A DNA stretch of 36,086 nucleotides from UHGV virus genome UHGV-0136715; one strand, given 5' to 3'. The DNA comes from a virus. Positions 7,685 through 15,710 of this stretch are shown one piece after another. Made by a program: the position numbers and the translations under genes. Each line of letters begins with the position of its first letter. Positions within the stretch are counted from its first letter, which is position 1. Under the pieces are notes generated by a model. It saw nothing but the letters and a program-made list of their open reading frames with translations, ran no database searches and was not told the DNA's origin.

Positions 7685-10380
7685 ATCGCCAGTCCTCTCC
7701 TCGCGTTGTTGTATCTGCTGCCGTTGATCTGGTCGAGGTACGGCGCAAGCGCCTCGCCCAGGGTCTTGCCGTCGATCTTGAGCACCGTCTGGCCGAAGCC
7801 TGCCGCCATGAGGGCGGCGACGATGGCGGCGGCGAACTCCTCAGGCGACGGGAACGCCATGTTCTCGGAGACCGCCTGTGCGAACGGGAGCATATGCTTG
7901 CCGTCGCGCGGAACCACGAACTCGGTGCCCGCCTCGCCCACGCCGATGATGCTGGCGCCGTTGAACATGCCGCCCGTCGCGTACCACTCGATCGAGAGCG
8001 AGGGAATGGAACCCTTGAGGAGGTCGCCGATCTGCCAGCCCGCCGGCGAGATGGCGAAGTGCGGAAGGTTGATGTGCGGCAGCTGGATGTGGAAGTTCGA
8101 GAAGAACCCCTTGATGGTGTCGATGATGCCGCCCACTGTGTTCTTCGCCGTCTCGATGGGGTTGGTGATGGCCTCTTTCACGCTGTTGAAGATGCCCAGC
8201 ACGGTGCCGACTAGGCTGTTGAAGGTGCTGGTTATGTTGTTCCAGATTCCATTGACCACCCCGCCGATGTTTGAGCTGATGGCGTTCCAAATGCTGCTGG
8301 CCACGCTGAACACGCTGTTCCAGATGGAGGCCCATACGTTGTAGATGCCCGTGAGCACGCTGCTGATGATCGAGGTGAGCGCGTTGAACACGTTGGCAGC
8401 TGCTTGCAGGATGCCGTTCACGATGCTCTCGAATATCTGCTTGATGCCGCTCCACACCGCGTCCCAGTCGCCGCTGATGATGCCGGTGACCACTTGGATG
8501 ATGCCCTGGATTACGCCCATGACCGTGTTCACGGTGTTGCTGATGTTGTCCCAGATGGCCGTGAACACCGAGGAGATAAGCCCCCACGCGCCATCCCACA
8601 CAGCCTGGATGACGGGCATGACCGCGCCGATGATTGCCTGGATGACCTGCATGCCAGCCTGCACGATGGGGGCAATCTGCTCCCAGGCGCTCGTCACGTT
8701 TGCCACGATGGCATCCCAGAGGCCGGCGAACAGCGTCTGGAACTCTTGGAACTTGCTCACCAGCGGGGTGATGACGTTGGCCATCACCCAGTCGGCCAGG
8801 GGCTGGACCGCGGCCTTCACGGCATCCCACACGCCGATCCAGAAGTTGCGGAACTCCTCGGAGGTGTTCCAGAGGTACAGGAACGCCGCCACGAGCGCGC
8901 CGATGAGCGTGATGACGATGCCGATGGGGTTCAGCTTCATGGTGCCGTTGAGCAGCTTGGTGGCGTTGTCCACCAGAGTGGTGGCCGCTGCCCGCGCCTT
9001 CTCCGCCACGGTCACCGCGAGCGAGTACCCCTCGTACGCAAGGAGCGCGCCGCCTGCCGCAGCGAGCACGGGCACCATGCTCTGCACGGTGCTGGCCAGC
9101 TGCGAGAGCGGCGAGGCCGTTTCGCCCACCACGTTGCCGAACTCATCGAACTCCTGGGTGCCCGTGGTGAGCCACGCCATGAAGCCCTCGATGCCCGGCA
9201 CTACCGTCCCGGTGATGAACTGCACGGCGCTGCGCAGAGGCTCCTGCAGGCCGTCGTAAATCTTCAAACTCAGTTCCTCGAACGCCGAGTTCATGGCCGC
9301 CAGGTCGCCGCCGAGGTTGTCCGTCATCGTCGCGGCGGTCTCCTCAGCTGCCCCCGCGCATCCGTAGAGCTCGTCCCTGAACCCGACCATTTCGTCGGCT
9401 CCGGCGTTGAGCATGAGGTTGAGGCCCTTAATGCTGTCGGCCGTGAAGGTGCTCTGCAGGGCCGCTGCCTTCTCAGCGTCGCCCATTCCGTTGGTGGCCG
9501 CCTGCACGTCTGCGAGGATGTCCGTGAAGTCGCGGTAGTTGCCCTCCGCGTCCATGACCGCCACGGACTGCTCGCCGATAGCGATGGCGCCGTCCTCCAT
9601 CTTCGCGGTCATATCGCGGAGCACGGCGTTGAGCGCGGTGCCAGCTTCCGAACCCTTCAAGCCCTGGTTGGCCATCATGCTGATGGCGGCCGAGGTGGTC
9701 TCCACGTCCATGCCGGCCGCGTTCGCGTTTGCCGCACAGTTTTTGAAGGCCATGCCAAGGCCCTCGACCGTCGTGTTGGCATTGGCTTGCGCGTAGGAGA
9801 GAACATCGACCATGCGCGCGGTCTCGCTCGCCTCCATGTTGAAGGCGCTGAGGTAGTCGGTTACGAGGTCGGAGGCCGCCGCCAGTTCCATCTCGCCGGC
9901 CTGGGCCAGGGTGAGCACGGACCCGACGCCCGCGAGCATCTGCTCGGTGTCCCATCCTGCGAGCGCCATATAGCCGAGTGCGTCAGCCGCCTGCGATGCG
10001 CTGAACGTGGTGGACGCGCCGAGTTCGCGCGCCTTCGCCTCAAGCGTGGCCAGATCGTCGCCGGTCGCGCCGGAGAGCGCGCTCACCTTGCTCATGGAGG
10101 TCTCGAAGGTCTGGCCGATCTCCACGACCTCGGAGCAGAAGTCCTTGACCGCGCCGGCAGCCACGGCGATGCCCGCAGTTGCGAGGTTGGCGAGGATTCC
10201 CTTGAGCACCGTGAAGCCGTCCCCCGACTTCTTGGCGGCGCTCTCTCCGTCCTTCACGCCCTGCCAGTTGAGGGAGCCGTCCGCCTTCTTGATGTCCTCA
10301 AGGCTGACGGTAATCTTCTTTGCGCCCGAAACGACGCCCTTCTCGTTCAGCTTCGCGTCGATAGTTACGGTGTTGGCCAT
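7681..10380 (-). CDS. Tail tape measure protein (TP901-like core)
   Basis: 899 aa; FETSMSKVSALSGA...ARELGASTTFSASQAA...MALAGW core, W-periodic repeats, WYATGG...GVGEAG C-terminus. Confidence 0.95.
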   Translation of the reverse strand: MANTVTIDAKLNEKGVVSGAKKITVSLEDIKKADGSLNWQGVKDGESAAKKSGDGFTVLKGILANLATAGIAVAAGAVKDFCSEVVEIGQTFETSMSKVSALSGATGDDLATLEAKARELGASTTFSASQAADALGYMALAGWDTEQMLAGVGSVLTLAQAGEMELAAASDLVTDYLSAFNMEASETARMVDVLSYAQANANTTVEGLGMAFKNCAANANAAGMDVETTSAAISMMANQGLKGSEAGTALNAVLRDMTAKMEDGAIAIGEQSVAVMDAEGNYRDFTDILADVQAATNGMGDAEKAAALQSTFTADSIKGLNLMLNAGADEMVGFRDELYGCAGAAEETAATMTDNLGGDLAAMNSAFEELSLKIYDGLQEPLRSAVQFITGTVVPGIEGFMAWLTTGTQEFDEFGNVVGETASPLSQLASTVQSMVPVLAAAGGALLAYEGYSLAVTVAEKARAAATTLVDNATKLLNGTMKLNPIGIVITLIGALVAAFLYLWNTSEEFRNFWIGVWDAVKAAVQPLADWVMANVITPLVSKFQEFQTLFAGLWDAIVANVTSAWEQIAPIVQAGMQVIQAIIGAVMPVIQAVWDGAWGLISSVFTAIWDNISNTVNTVMGVIQGIIQVVTGIISGDWDAVWSGIKQIFESIVNGILQAAANVFNALTSIISSVLTGIYNVWASIWNSVFSVASSIWNAISSNIGGVVNGIWNNITSTFNSLVGTVLGIFNSVKEAITNPIETAKNTVGGIIDTIKGFFSNFHIQLPHINLPHFAISPAGWQIGDLLKGSIPSLSIEWYATGGMFNGASIIGVGEAGTEFVVPRDGKHMLPFAQAVSENMAFPSPEEFAAAIVAALMAAGFGQTVLKIDGKTLGEALAPYLDQINGSRYNNARRGLAI

Positions 10381-10383
10381 GGA

Positions 10384-11049
10384 TTACGCCCCCCTCTGGG
10401 CGGCGCGCTTGGCCGCTGCGAACATGTCGGCGGTCGTGTCGTTTGCACTCAGTTCGGGATCGCGCCCCGATTGGAGGGCGAAATGCTTGCGGCGCGCCTC
10501 GAAGGCATCGCACAGGTCTCCGTTGTGCTTGTTGCGCTTCGGGGGTTTGGCCGTGCGGTAGTAGACCGCCTGCGCGAACGGCGTCTCGGCATCGGCTTCC
10601 AGCAGCATGCCGAGAAGCGAGCACATGTCGGCGTATGAGAGGGTGCCGGCCACGTCATCCCAATCGAGGCCGAAGCATTGGAGCAGTGAGGCGCGGATTC
10701 TCCCCGCGTCCTCCGTGAAGTCGAAGACCGCATCCTCGTGCTCCGAGGCGTGGCGGCCGTCGTTCGATATGTCAAGCCCGAAGGCCTCCCACACGATGTC
10801 GATGAGGAGGTCCCCAAGGCGCTCGCCTGCGATGGCCAGAGCGTCTTCGGGCTTGGGGAACAGCATGCGAATGAGGAGCGGCGCCTTCTGCTCAGGCGCA
10901 AGCTCCTCATCTTGGAACAGCTCTATGACCAGGATGCCGTTGCGTGCTGAATCGCATACGTCAACCCGATGGCCGCCCCATTCGTAGGAACTGACGAGGC
11001 GGCCGTTTTCGGCCTTAGTCTTCCGGGTCAGGCTCGGACTGCGCATCAT
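10384..11049 (-). CDS. Tail assembly chaperone, A118 Gp15-like
   Basis: FDFTEDAGRIRASLLQCFG...TPFAQAVYYR motif; own GGAGGT RBS; precedes tape measure. Confidence 0.75.
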   Translation of the reverse strand: MMRSPSLTRKTKAENGRLVSSYEWGGHRVDVCDSARNGILVIELFQDEELAPEQKAPLLIRMLFPKPEDALAIAGERLGDLLIDIVWEAFGLDISNDGRHASEHEDAVFDFTEDAGRIRASLLQCFGLDWDDVAGTLSYADMCSLLGMLLEADAETPFAQAVYYRTAKPPKRNKHNGDLCDAFEARRKHFALQSGRDPELSANDTTADMFAAAKRAAQRGA

Positions 11050-11473
11050 CTACCTCCGCCAGGTAATGCGCAGCCTTCTCATTGAGGGTGTCTTCCTTAC
11101 GCTCCTGAACCGTCTGGAAGATAGCGCGGAACACTTTGCCCATGACGATGTTGCAGTCCACCTTGCTGATGGGGTAGCCAGCGCCGCAGGCTTCCATGAT
11201 CGCGTCGTAGCCTTCCTCGCCGATGCCGGCCTTGACCGCCACCTCAAGAACGTCGGCCGTCTGCTTGTTCAGCTTGCGAAGCTGCGAGACGTTCTTGGAC
11301 TGCTCGGCCTGCTCCCGCAGCTTTTGGAGCGCGGTCATCTTGCTGTGCGCCTTACGGCATGCTTCTCCGATGTCGAGCAGACCGTCCACCGTCACGTTGA
11401 TGCGGGTCTCCACCACCGCGTTGCCGATCTCGATGGTTAGCGGTTCATAGGGTGCCTTGACTTTGAGTTCCAT
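11015..11473 (-). CDS. Tail assembly chaperone (Gp14-like position)
   Basis: Helical 152-aa protein between major tail and Gp15-like genes; GAGGT RBS. Confidence 0.65.
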   Translation of the reverse strand: MELKVKAPYEPLTIEIGNAVVETRINVTVDGLLDIGEACRKAHSKMTALQKLREQAEQSKNVSQLRKLNKQTADVLEVAVKAGIGEEGYDAIMEACGAGYPISKVDCNIVMGKVFRAIFQTVQERKEDTLNEKAAHYLAEVDDAQSEPDPED

Positions 11474-11508
11474 GGTTTACCTCTTTTCCTTTCGCGCAGT
11501 AAAAGGAA

Positions 11509-11540
11509 AGGCCGGGGAGGCTGCGCTTCCTCCCCGGCCT
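11509..11540 (-). terminator. Strong hairpin (terminator, attenuator or 5' stabiliser) after the major tail gene
   Basis: 12-bp stem AGGCCGGGGAGG / CCTCCCCGGCCT followed by TTCCTTTT on the minus strand. Confidence 0.65.
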
Positions 11541-11548
11541 CATGACCG

Positions 11549-11567
11549 ATATTCCCAAGTGTGTCGC
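11549..11567 (-). promoter_or_regulatory. Motif GCGACAC-N7-AATAT
   Basis: Recurrent intergenic motif, here 5 nt after the major tail stop. Confidence 0.45.
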
Positions 11568-11571
11568 TTGG

Positions 11572-12288
11572 CTACGCCTCGGAGACCACCACGTCCACGG
11601 TCGCGCGGATGGAGGGCTTGGCGGCGCACTTCACGGAGAGGCGCGTCTTGCCCACCGCGATGCCCTCAACGATGCCGTCGGCGGTCACCTTGGCGATGTC
11701 GGGGTTCTCGATGGCGTACAGGCACCAGTCCGAGGAAGTGGCAGGCTCGACGGTCGGAGTGACCTGCTCGGTCTTTCCCACGGAAACCGCCACGTCCTCC
11801 ACCGCAATGGTGGCGGGAAGGTGGTGCCCCTTGGCCGGCTGGATGAGGGTGGGGGTGTCGTTGCGGGCCATGCCGAAGCTGATGGCCTGCTTGTCGGAGG
11901 CTGCGCCGTTCGGGCCGCTCATGTTGATGTCCTTGAGCGTGACCTCCTCCTCGATGATCTCGCCGGTGGGGGACACGCAGCGGTACTGGGTGTTGCGCTC
12001 GTCCCCGAAGCACTCCTCGAGGCTGGCCAAGTAGTCCTGCAGAGGGTCGCCGATGCGGCGCTTGCCGGTGACGCTCGTGGTCTTGGTCACGCCCGTCACA
12101 GTGGTGACGGTGTTGCCGCCGGTGGAGTAGTCCTCGGTCTCGTCGGTCTTCTCGGAGCGGTCGGGGCTGATGTCCTCGATGCCCGGCCCCATGTAGGCCC
12201 AGGTCGGCTCATCCTCCTCCGGGGTGATGTTCAGGAGGTTCGCGTACTGGTAGTTCAGCGCGAACCCGATGTCCACGGTCTTCGCCAT
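11572..12288 (-). CDS. Major tail protein with C-terminal Ig-like (Big_2-type) domain
   Basis: WAYMGPGIED...GKRRIGDPLQDY tube motif; C-terminal VSVGKTEQV...NPDIAKVTADGIVEGIAVG; ATG at 12288. Confidence 0.85.
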   Translation of the reverse strand: MAKTVDIGFALNYQYANLLNITPEEDEPTWAYMGPGIEDISPDRSEKTDETEDYSTGGNTVTTVTGVTKTTSVTGKRRIGDPLQDYLASLEECFGDERNTQYRCVSPTGEIIEEEVTLKDINMSGPNGAASDKQAISFGMARNDTPTLIQPAKGHHLPATIAVEDVAVSVGKTEQVTPTVEPATSSDWCLYAIENPDIAKVTADGIVEGIAVGKTRLSVKCAAKPSIRATVDVVVSEA

Positions 12289-12683
12289 TAGAAATAGTCC
12301 TTTCTCGTGTCGATGTAGGCATCGAAGGCCCACACGAACCGCCCGGATTCGTCCCAAGGGAGCGGCTGGGGGTCGGTGGTCTCGAAGCTCTCAAGTTCGT
12401 AGCTGCCGTTCTCGGAATCGAGCGGGGAGGTGGCCAAGATGCTCTCGGCGAGCTGAGCCGTGGCCATGGCCTCGTACTCGCTCACCCTCATCACGATCAC
12501 GGTCACGCGCAGCGGCGATGTGGTGGTGCCGTCGTAGTAGACGATCTTGCGGTCGGGCACGCCGAAGGCGATGGTCACCGATTCGGGGAAGCGTCTGCCG
12601 TCTGGCATGGTGGTGAATACGTCGGTGATGCCGCCCTCGTTGAGGCGGCGGCGCATCACGTCAAGAAGGTCCAGGGCTGCCAT
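12288..12683 (-). CDS. Tail terminator / A118-type minor capsid protein
   Basis: Position, size and YYDG...DESGRFVW pattern. Confidence 0.65.
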   Translation of the reverse strand: MAALDLLDVMRRRLNEGGITDVFTTMPDGRRFPESVTIAFGVPDRKIVYYDGTTTSPLRVTVIVMRVSEYEAMATAQLAESILATSPLDSENGSYELESFETTDPQPLPWDESGRFVWAFDAYIDTRKDYF

Positions 12684-13012
12684 CAGTCACCTCCGTAGAG
12701 GGATTCGGCGTACTTGATGAGCGCGGGCATGTCGTTGCGCGCGCACGCCTCGTCCCAATGGTTGCAGGTTCCCGGTGTGGTGTGCCTCATGGGGATGCTG
12801 TACTGCCTTGCGGCATACGGGGTGCTCCAGATCAGCAAACCCTCGGCGTACTTTGAGTTCAGCGGCTCGGAAGCCCTGAGCGTGTTCTCGTCGCGGGGCA
12901 CGTACTTGCGCATGACGAAGGCCACGCGCATGGCGTACTCCTCCTGGCGCTTCTTCGCCTCGGCCGGGTCCGCCAGCTTCTCGATGCCCTTGATGTTGAG
13001 GATGACCGTCAT
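12683..13012 (-). CDS. Neck protein (Minor_capsid_2-like)
   Basis: KYVPRDENTLR...WSTPYAARQY...HWDE motif; ATG at 13012. Confidence 0.75.
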   Translation of the reverse strand: MTVILNIKGIEKLADPAEAKKRQEEYAMRVAFVMRKYVPRDENTLRASEPLNSKYAEGLLIWSTPYAARQYSIPMRHTTPGTCNHWDEACARNDMPALIKYAESLYGGD

Positions 13013-13341
13013 TTGAGCAGCACCTCCCAATGGTGCAGGTTGCCGAGGTTCGGGACGGCTTGGCACTCGTGCACCGTGGCATCGGAGACCTCCCCGTCAA
13101 CGCTCACCAGGGACCCCGCAGGGATGGCGAAGGCGCCAGTGCTCACCTTGGGGTCTATGTAGAGCGTGCCCTTCAAGGGCGCCTGCAGTTGGTAATCCGT
13201 GCGCCTGATCGAGGCGGTAGGCTCGAAGCAGACGCGCTCGATGGTCACAGGCTCCTCGAACTCGCCGCCGTAGGGCGTTCCGGTCTTCGGAACCTTGACC
13301 TTCGCAGTGGAGCGCAGCAGCCTGCGCGGCAGGGGCATCAT
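13009..13341 (-). CDS. Head-closure protein (Minor_capsid_1-like)
   Basis: C-terminal LHHWEVLLK; position in head-tail joining block. Confidence 0.7.
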   Translation of the reverse strand: MMPLPRRLLRSTAKVKVPKTGTPYGGEFEEPVTIERVCFEPTASIRRTDYQLQAPLKGTLYIDPKVSTGAFAIPAGSLVSVDGEVSDATVHECQAVPNLGNLHHWEVLLK

Positions 13342-13703
13342 TGCAGCCCCTGGTAGAGGAGGGTGGAGCCGACGAGTTCACGGCGCACGGCGCGCCTCAT
13401 GTCAACGTCGTAGAGCGATGACGAGCCGGATGCCTGCCCCATGGTCGCGGAGAACTTGCCGAGCGTGACCGATGCCACGCCCTCGCCGATGCCGCCGGAT
13501 GCCCCGTAGGCCTCGTCCACGTCCACTGCGACGCACACCGCGCGGGTGTATGCCTCCACGTCATCATCGTCCTGCGGCTCGTTGTAGCCGATCACGTCGC
13601 GCACCGCAGATACCGCCGCCCGAAGGGATGCCGCGAAGGCATCCGCTTCGAGCGTTCCGCCCTGAGCCTTGTATTGCTCGTATGTGACGGATGGCAGCGG
13701 CAT
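13338..13703 (-). CDS. Head-tail adaptor protein
   Basis: VTYEQY...AVC...SVTLGKFS...TLLYQG pattern. Confidence 0.7.
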   Translation of the reverse strand: MPLPSVTYEQYKAQGGTLEADAFAASLRAAVSAVRDVIGYNEPQDDDDVEAYTRAVCVAVDVDEAYGASGGIGEGVASVTLGKFSATMGQASGSSSLYDVDMRRAVRRELVGSTLLYQGLQ

Positions 13704-13937
13704 CTACTCGCCCGCCTCCTCTCCGGCCTTGGCGTTGTCGGCCTTGGTCTCTGCCGGCTTCTCAGCGGCAGCCTCGTCCTTGGCAGCGTCTTCGGCCTTG
13801 TCGGCCTTCTCCGCGCCCTTGTTCTCGGCCTTGGCGTTGTCGGCCTTGGTCGTGGTCTTGGTGGTCTTCGCCTTGGAGGTCTTGGCCTCCTTCTTCTGGA
13901 CGGCCTTGCCGTCGATGAGCAGACCCACGGTCTTCAT
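13704..13937 (-). CDS. Small Lys/Ala/Glu-rich protein after the major capsid gene
   Basis: AGGAGG RBS; MKTVGL start; duplicated KADNAKA. Confidence 0.7.
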   Translation of the reverse strand: MKTVGLLIDGKAVQKKEAKTSKAKTTKTTTKADNAKAENKGAEKADKAEDAAKDEAAAEKPAETKADNAKAGEEAGE

Positions 13938-13951
13938 GTTGCTCCTCCTTC

Positions 13952-14824
13952 TTACTGGTGGCTCAGGTAGATGCCTGCGCGCTTGTTCTCGTAGCCGTCG
14001 ACCACGCCGTACTTGCGGTACTTCACGATGTCCGCATCCGCGTCGGGGTTCTGGTCCGCGCTGATGACGGTGGGGCCGGCGATGTGGCGGTCGAACTTGA
14101 TGAGCGCGGGCTTGTGCACGATCAGGAAGTTGATCGGCTTGGAGAGCTCGCTGGGCTTCCAGCCGCCCGCAATCTCGTCGCCGTCGCGCCCGCTGAGCAG
14201 GTCGATGGCGGTGTTGAAACGGCCACGGGGCACCTTGATGATGCCGGCGAAGCCGTCAAGCGCCTCGCGGGACTTGGTGGTGTCCAGGGCCTTCACGGAC
14301 TTGAGCAGCGTGGAGGTGGTGAACAGGTAACGCTGCTCGTCGGGCACCTCGTTCTCGTCCATTTCCGTGGTGGCCGTGAGGATGGCCTCAAGGAACTGGG
14401 CGCCGCCCTCGATGGAGTCCGTGTTGTTGGTGATGCCGGTGAGCGCGGCGATCTTGGCGAAGGTGAAGGCATCGCCCTCAGGTGCCACATGCTCGCGCAT
14501 CAGGATGTTCGCGGCCTGCCCGAAGGCGAGGTCGAAGGATTCCTGGTTGTCCATGGCATCGACCATGATCTTGGTGCCACGGTCGTAGTCGGCCTCTACG
14601 GTCTTCCACACGAGGGATACGCCGCTGTTGGAGGTGTAGCCGCTGGCGCGGTCGTAGTCTCCGAGGCCGCCGACCTCCATCTGCGGATAGCAGAACTCGT
14701 GGACGTTCTGGGTGGGGCGCACCTGGGAGGGGGCGCTGTCCAGCACGGAGGTGCAGGCCGCCTGACGGTACACCTCGTCCAAGATGGTCTGGATGCCCTG
14801 GGGCAGGGTGATCTGGTTGGGCAT
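13952..14824 (-). CDS. Major capsid protein
   Basis: 290 aa; GLGDYDRASGY...VDAMDNQES...PEGDAFTFAKI...NFLIVH...GIYL; follows the scaffold gene. Confidence 0.9.
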   Translation of the reverse strand: MPNQITLPQGIQTILDEVYRQAACTSVLDSAPSQVRPTQNVHEFCYPQMEVGGLGDYDRASGYTSNSGVSLVWKTVEADYDRGTKIMVDAMDNQESFDLAFGQAANILMREHVAPEGDAFTFAKIAALTGITNNTDSIEGGAQFLEAILTATTEMDENEVPDEQRYLFTTSTLLKSVKALDTTKSREALDGFAGIIKVPRGRFNTAIDLLSGRDGDEIAGGWKPSELSKPINFLIVHKPALIKFDRHIAGPTVISADQNPDADADIVKYRKYGVVDGYENKRAGIYLSHQ

Positions 14825-14828
14825 TGGT

Positions 14829-15356
14829 TTACTCCTTTTCGTTGGTCAGCCCGAAGGTCTCGCGCATCTTCTTCGTGCGCTCGTCTTCGGGGTCGGGGGT
14901 TCCCTTGGGCTTTCCCCCTGTGGACTTGCTGTTATCGGTGGACGTGAACAGGTAGGGCGCGGCCTCTCTCAGCTTCTCGATGTCGCCATCGAACTCGCTG
15001 AGGCGTGCGCTCGCCGCCACCACGTCATGGCATCCGGCTGCCTTGAGCGCGCTCTCGGTCTTCGCAGTTTCCTGCTCGGCCTTCCACTGCTCGAACTCGT
15101 CCTTGAGGGCCTTGTACCCTTCGGCCTCGGCCTTCGCAGCGTCGCGCTCTGCCTCCACCTTCGCGATGTCGCGCTGGTACTTGAAGGCGTTCACGGTGCT
15201 GCCGGCAGGTGCAGCAGGCTGCGGTGCCGGCTCGGCTGCCGGTGCAGGCTCAGCGGCAGGTGCAGCAGGCTGCGGGGCGGGTGCCGGTTCCGCCGCAGGG
15301 GTCGGTGCCGGCGTAGGCTCGGGCGTGGGCGTGGGTGTCGGTTCTGTTCCTGTCAT
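14829..15356 (-). CDS. Capsid scaffolding protein
   Basis: Pro/Ala-rich repeat N-terminus, coiled coil, ALKAAG...LREAAPYLF...TGG motif. Confidence 0.8.
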   Translation of the reverse strand: MTGTEPTPTPTPEPTPAPTPAAEPAPAPQPAAPAAEPAPAAEPAPQPAAPAGSTVNAFKYQRDIAKVEAERDAAKAEAEGYKALKDEFEQWKAEQETAKTESALKAAGCHDVVAASARLSEFDGDIEKLREAAPYLFTSTDNSKSTGGKPKGTPDPEDERTKKMRETFGLTNEKE

Positions 15357-15472
15357 TGCTTCCAACCTTTCCTTCCGGGGTTTGGTTTCCGCGCTTCTCT
15401 GCGCGCTTCGGTACCTGATTGCCGCTCAGGCGGGCGATTGAGACCGTTGCCGCCGTCTCTCGCGCAGTTGGA

Positions 15473-15491
15473 AGTTTCCCCAAGGTGTCGC
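15473..15491 (-). promoter_or_regulatory. Motif GCGACAC-N7-AAACT upstream of scaffold/capsid genes
   Basis: Recurrent motif, directly downstream of a terminator. Confidence 0.5.
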
Positions 15492-15500
15492 CTGGGCATG

Positions 15501-15526
15501 AAAAAGCCCCGCGCTCGGCGGGGCTT
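15501..15526 (-). terminator. Intrinsic terminator after the MuF operon
   Basis: AAGCCCCGC-gctcg-GCGGGGCTT stem with a T5 tail on the minus strand. Confidence 0.8.
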
Positions 15527-15536
15527 CACGGTTTCG

Positions 15537-15710
15537 CTAGGCTATCGCGTCATCCGGCAGGCCGGGGTCGAACGGCTGCCCCGTGTCGAGGCACTGGCGT
15601 ATTGCCGCAACGACCTCCTCATCCGGCGCGCTCATCATCATCATGCGGGGGAAGATGTCCCCGAACTTTGCCTTGTACTCGTCCATGAGTTCGTAGATCA
15701 GGTCATCCAT
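15537..15710 (-). CDS. Small acidic protein (57 aa), candidate immunity protein for the MuF C-terminal domain
   Basis: Not in the ORF track. MDDLIYELMDEYKAKFGDIFPRMMMMSAPDEEVVAAIRQCLDTGQPFDPGLPDDAIA; TGATG overlap with the MuF stop. Confidence 0.75.
   Translation of the reverse strand: MDDLIYELMDEYKAKFGDIFPRMMMMSAPDEEVVAAIRQCLDTGQPFDPGLPDDAIA

Noticed and set aside
8404..10638. Long plus-strand ORFs opposite structural genes (for example 744 aa)
   Set aside because: Antisense shadows produced by high GC3 codon bias of the real minus-strand genes.
11015..11049. Programmed frameshift between the two tail chaperone genes
   Set aside because: No slippery heptamer in the overlap, and the downstream gene has its own GGAGGT RBS and ATG.
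11972..11982. Possible second VR (GACACGCAGCG shared with TR) in the major tail gene
   Set aside because: The match is only 11 bp with no flanking similarity. I saw no second DGR target by eye.
13938..13960. Frameshift or readthrough extension of the major capsid protein
   Set aside because: Clean TAA stop, no slippery site, and the next gene has its own strong RBS.
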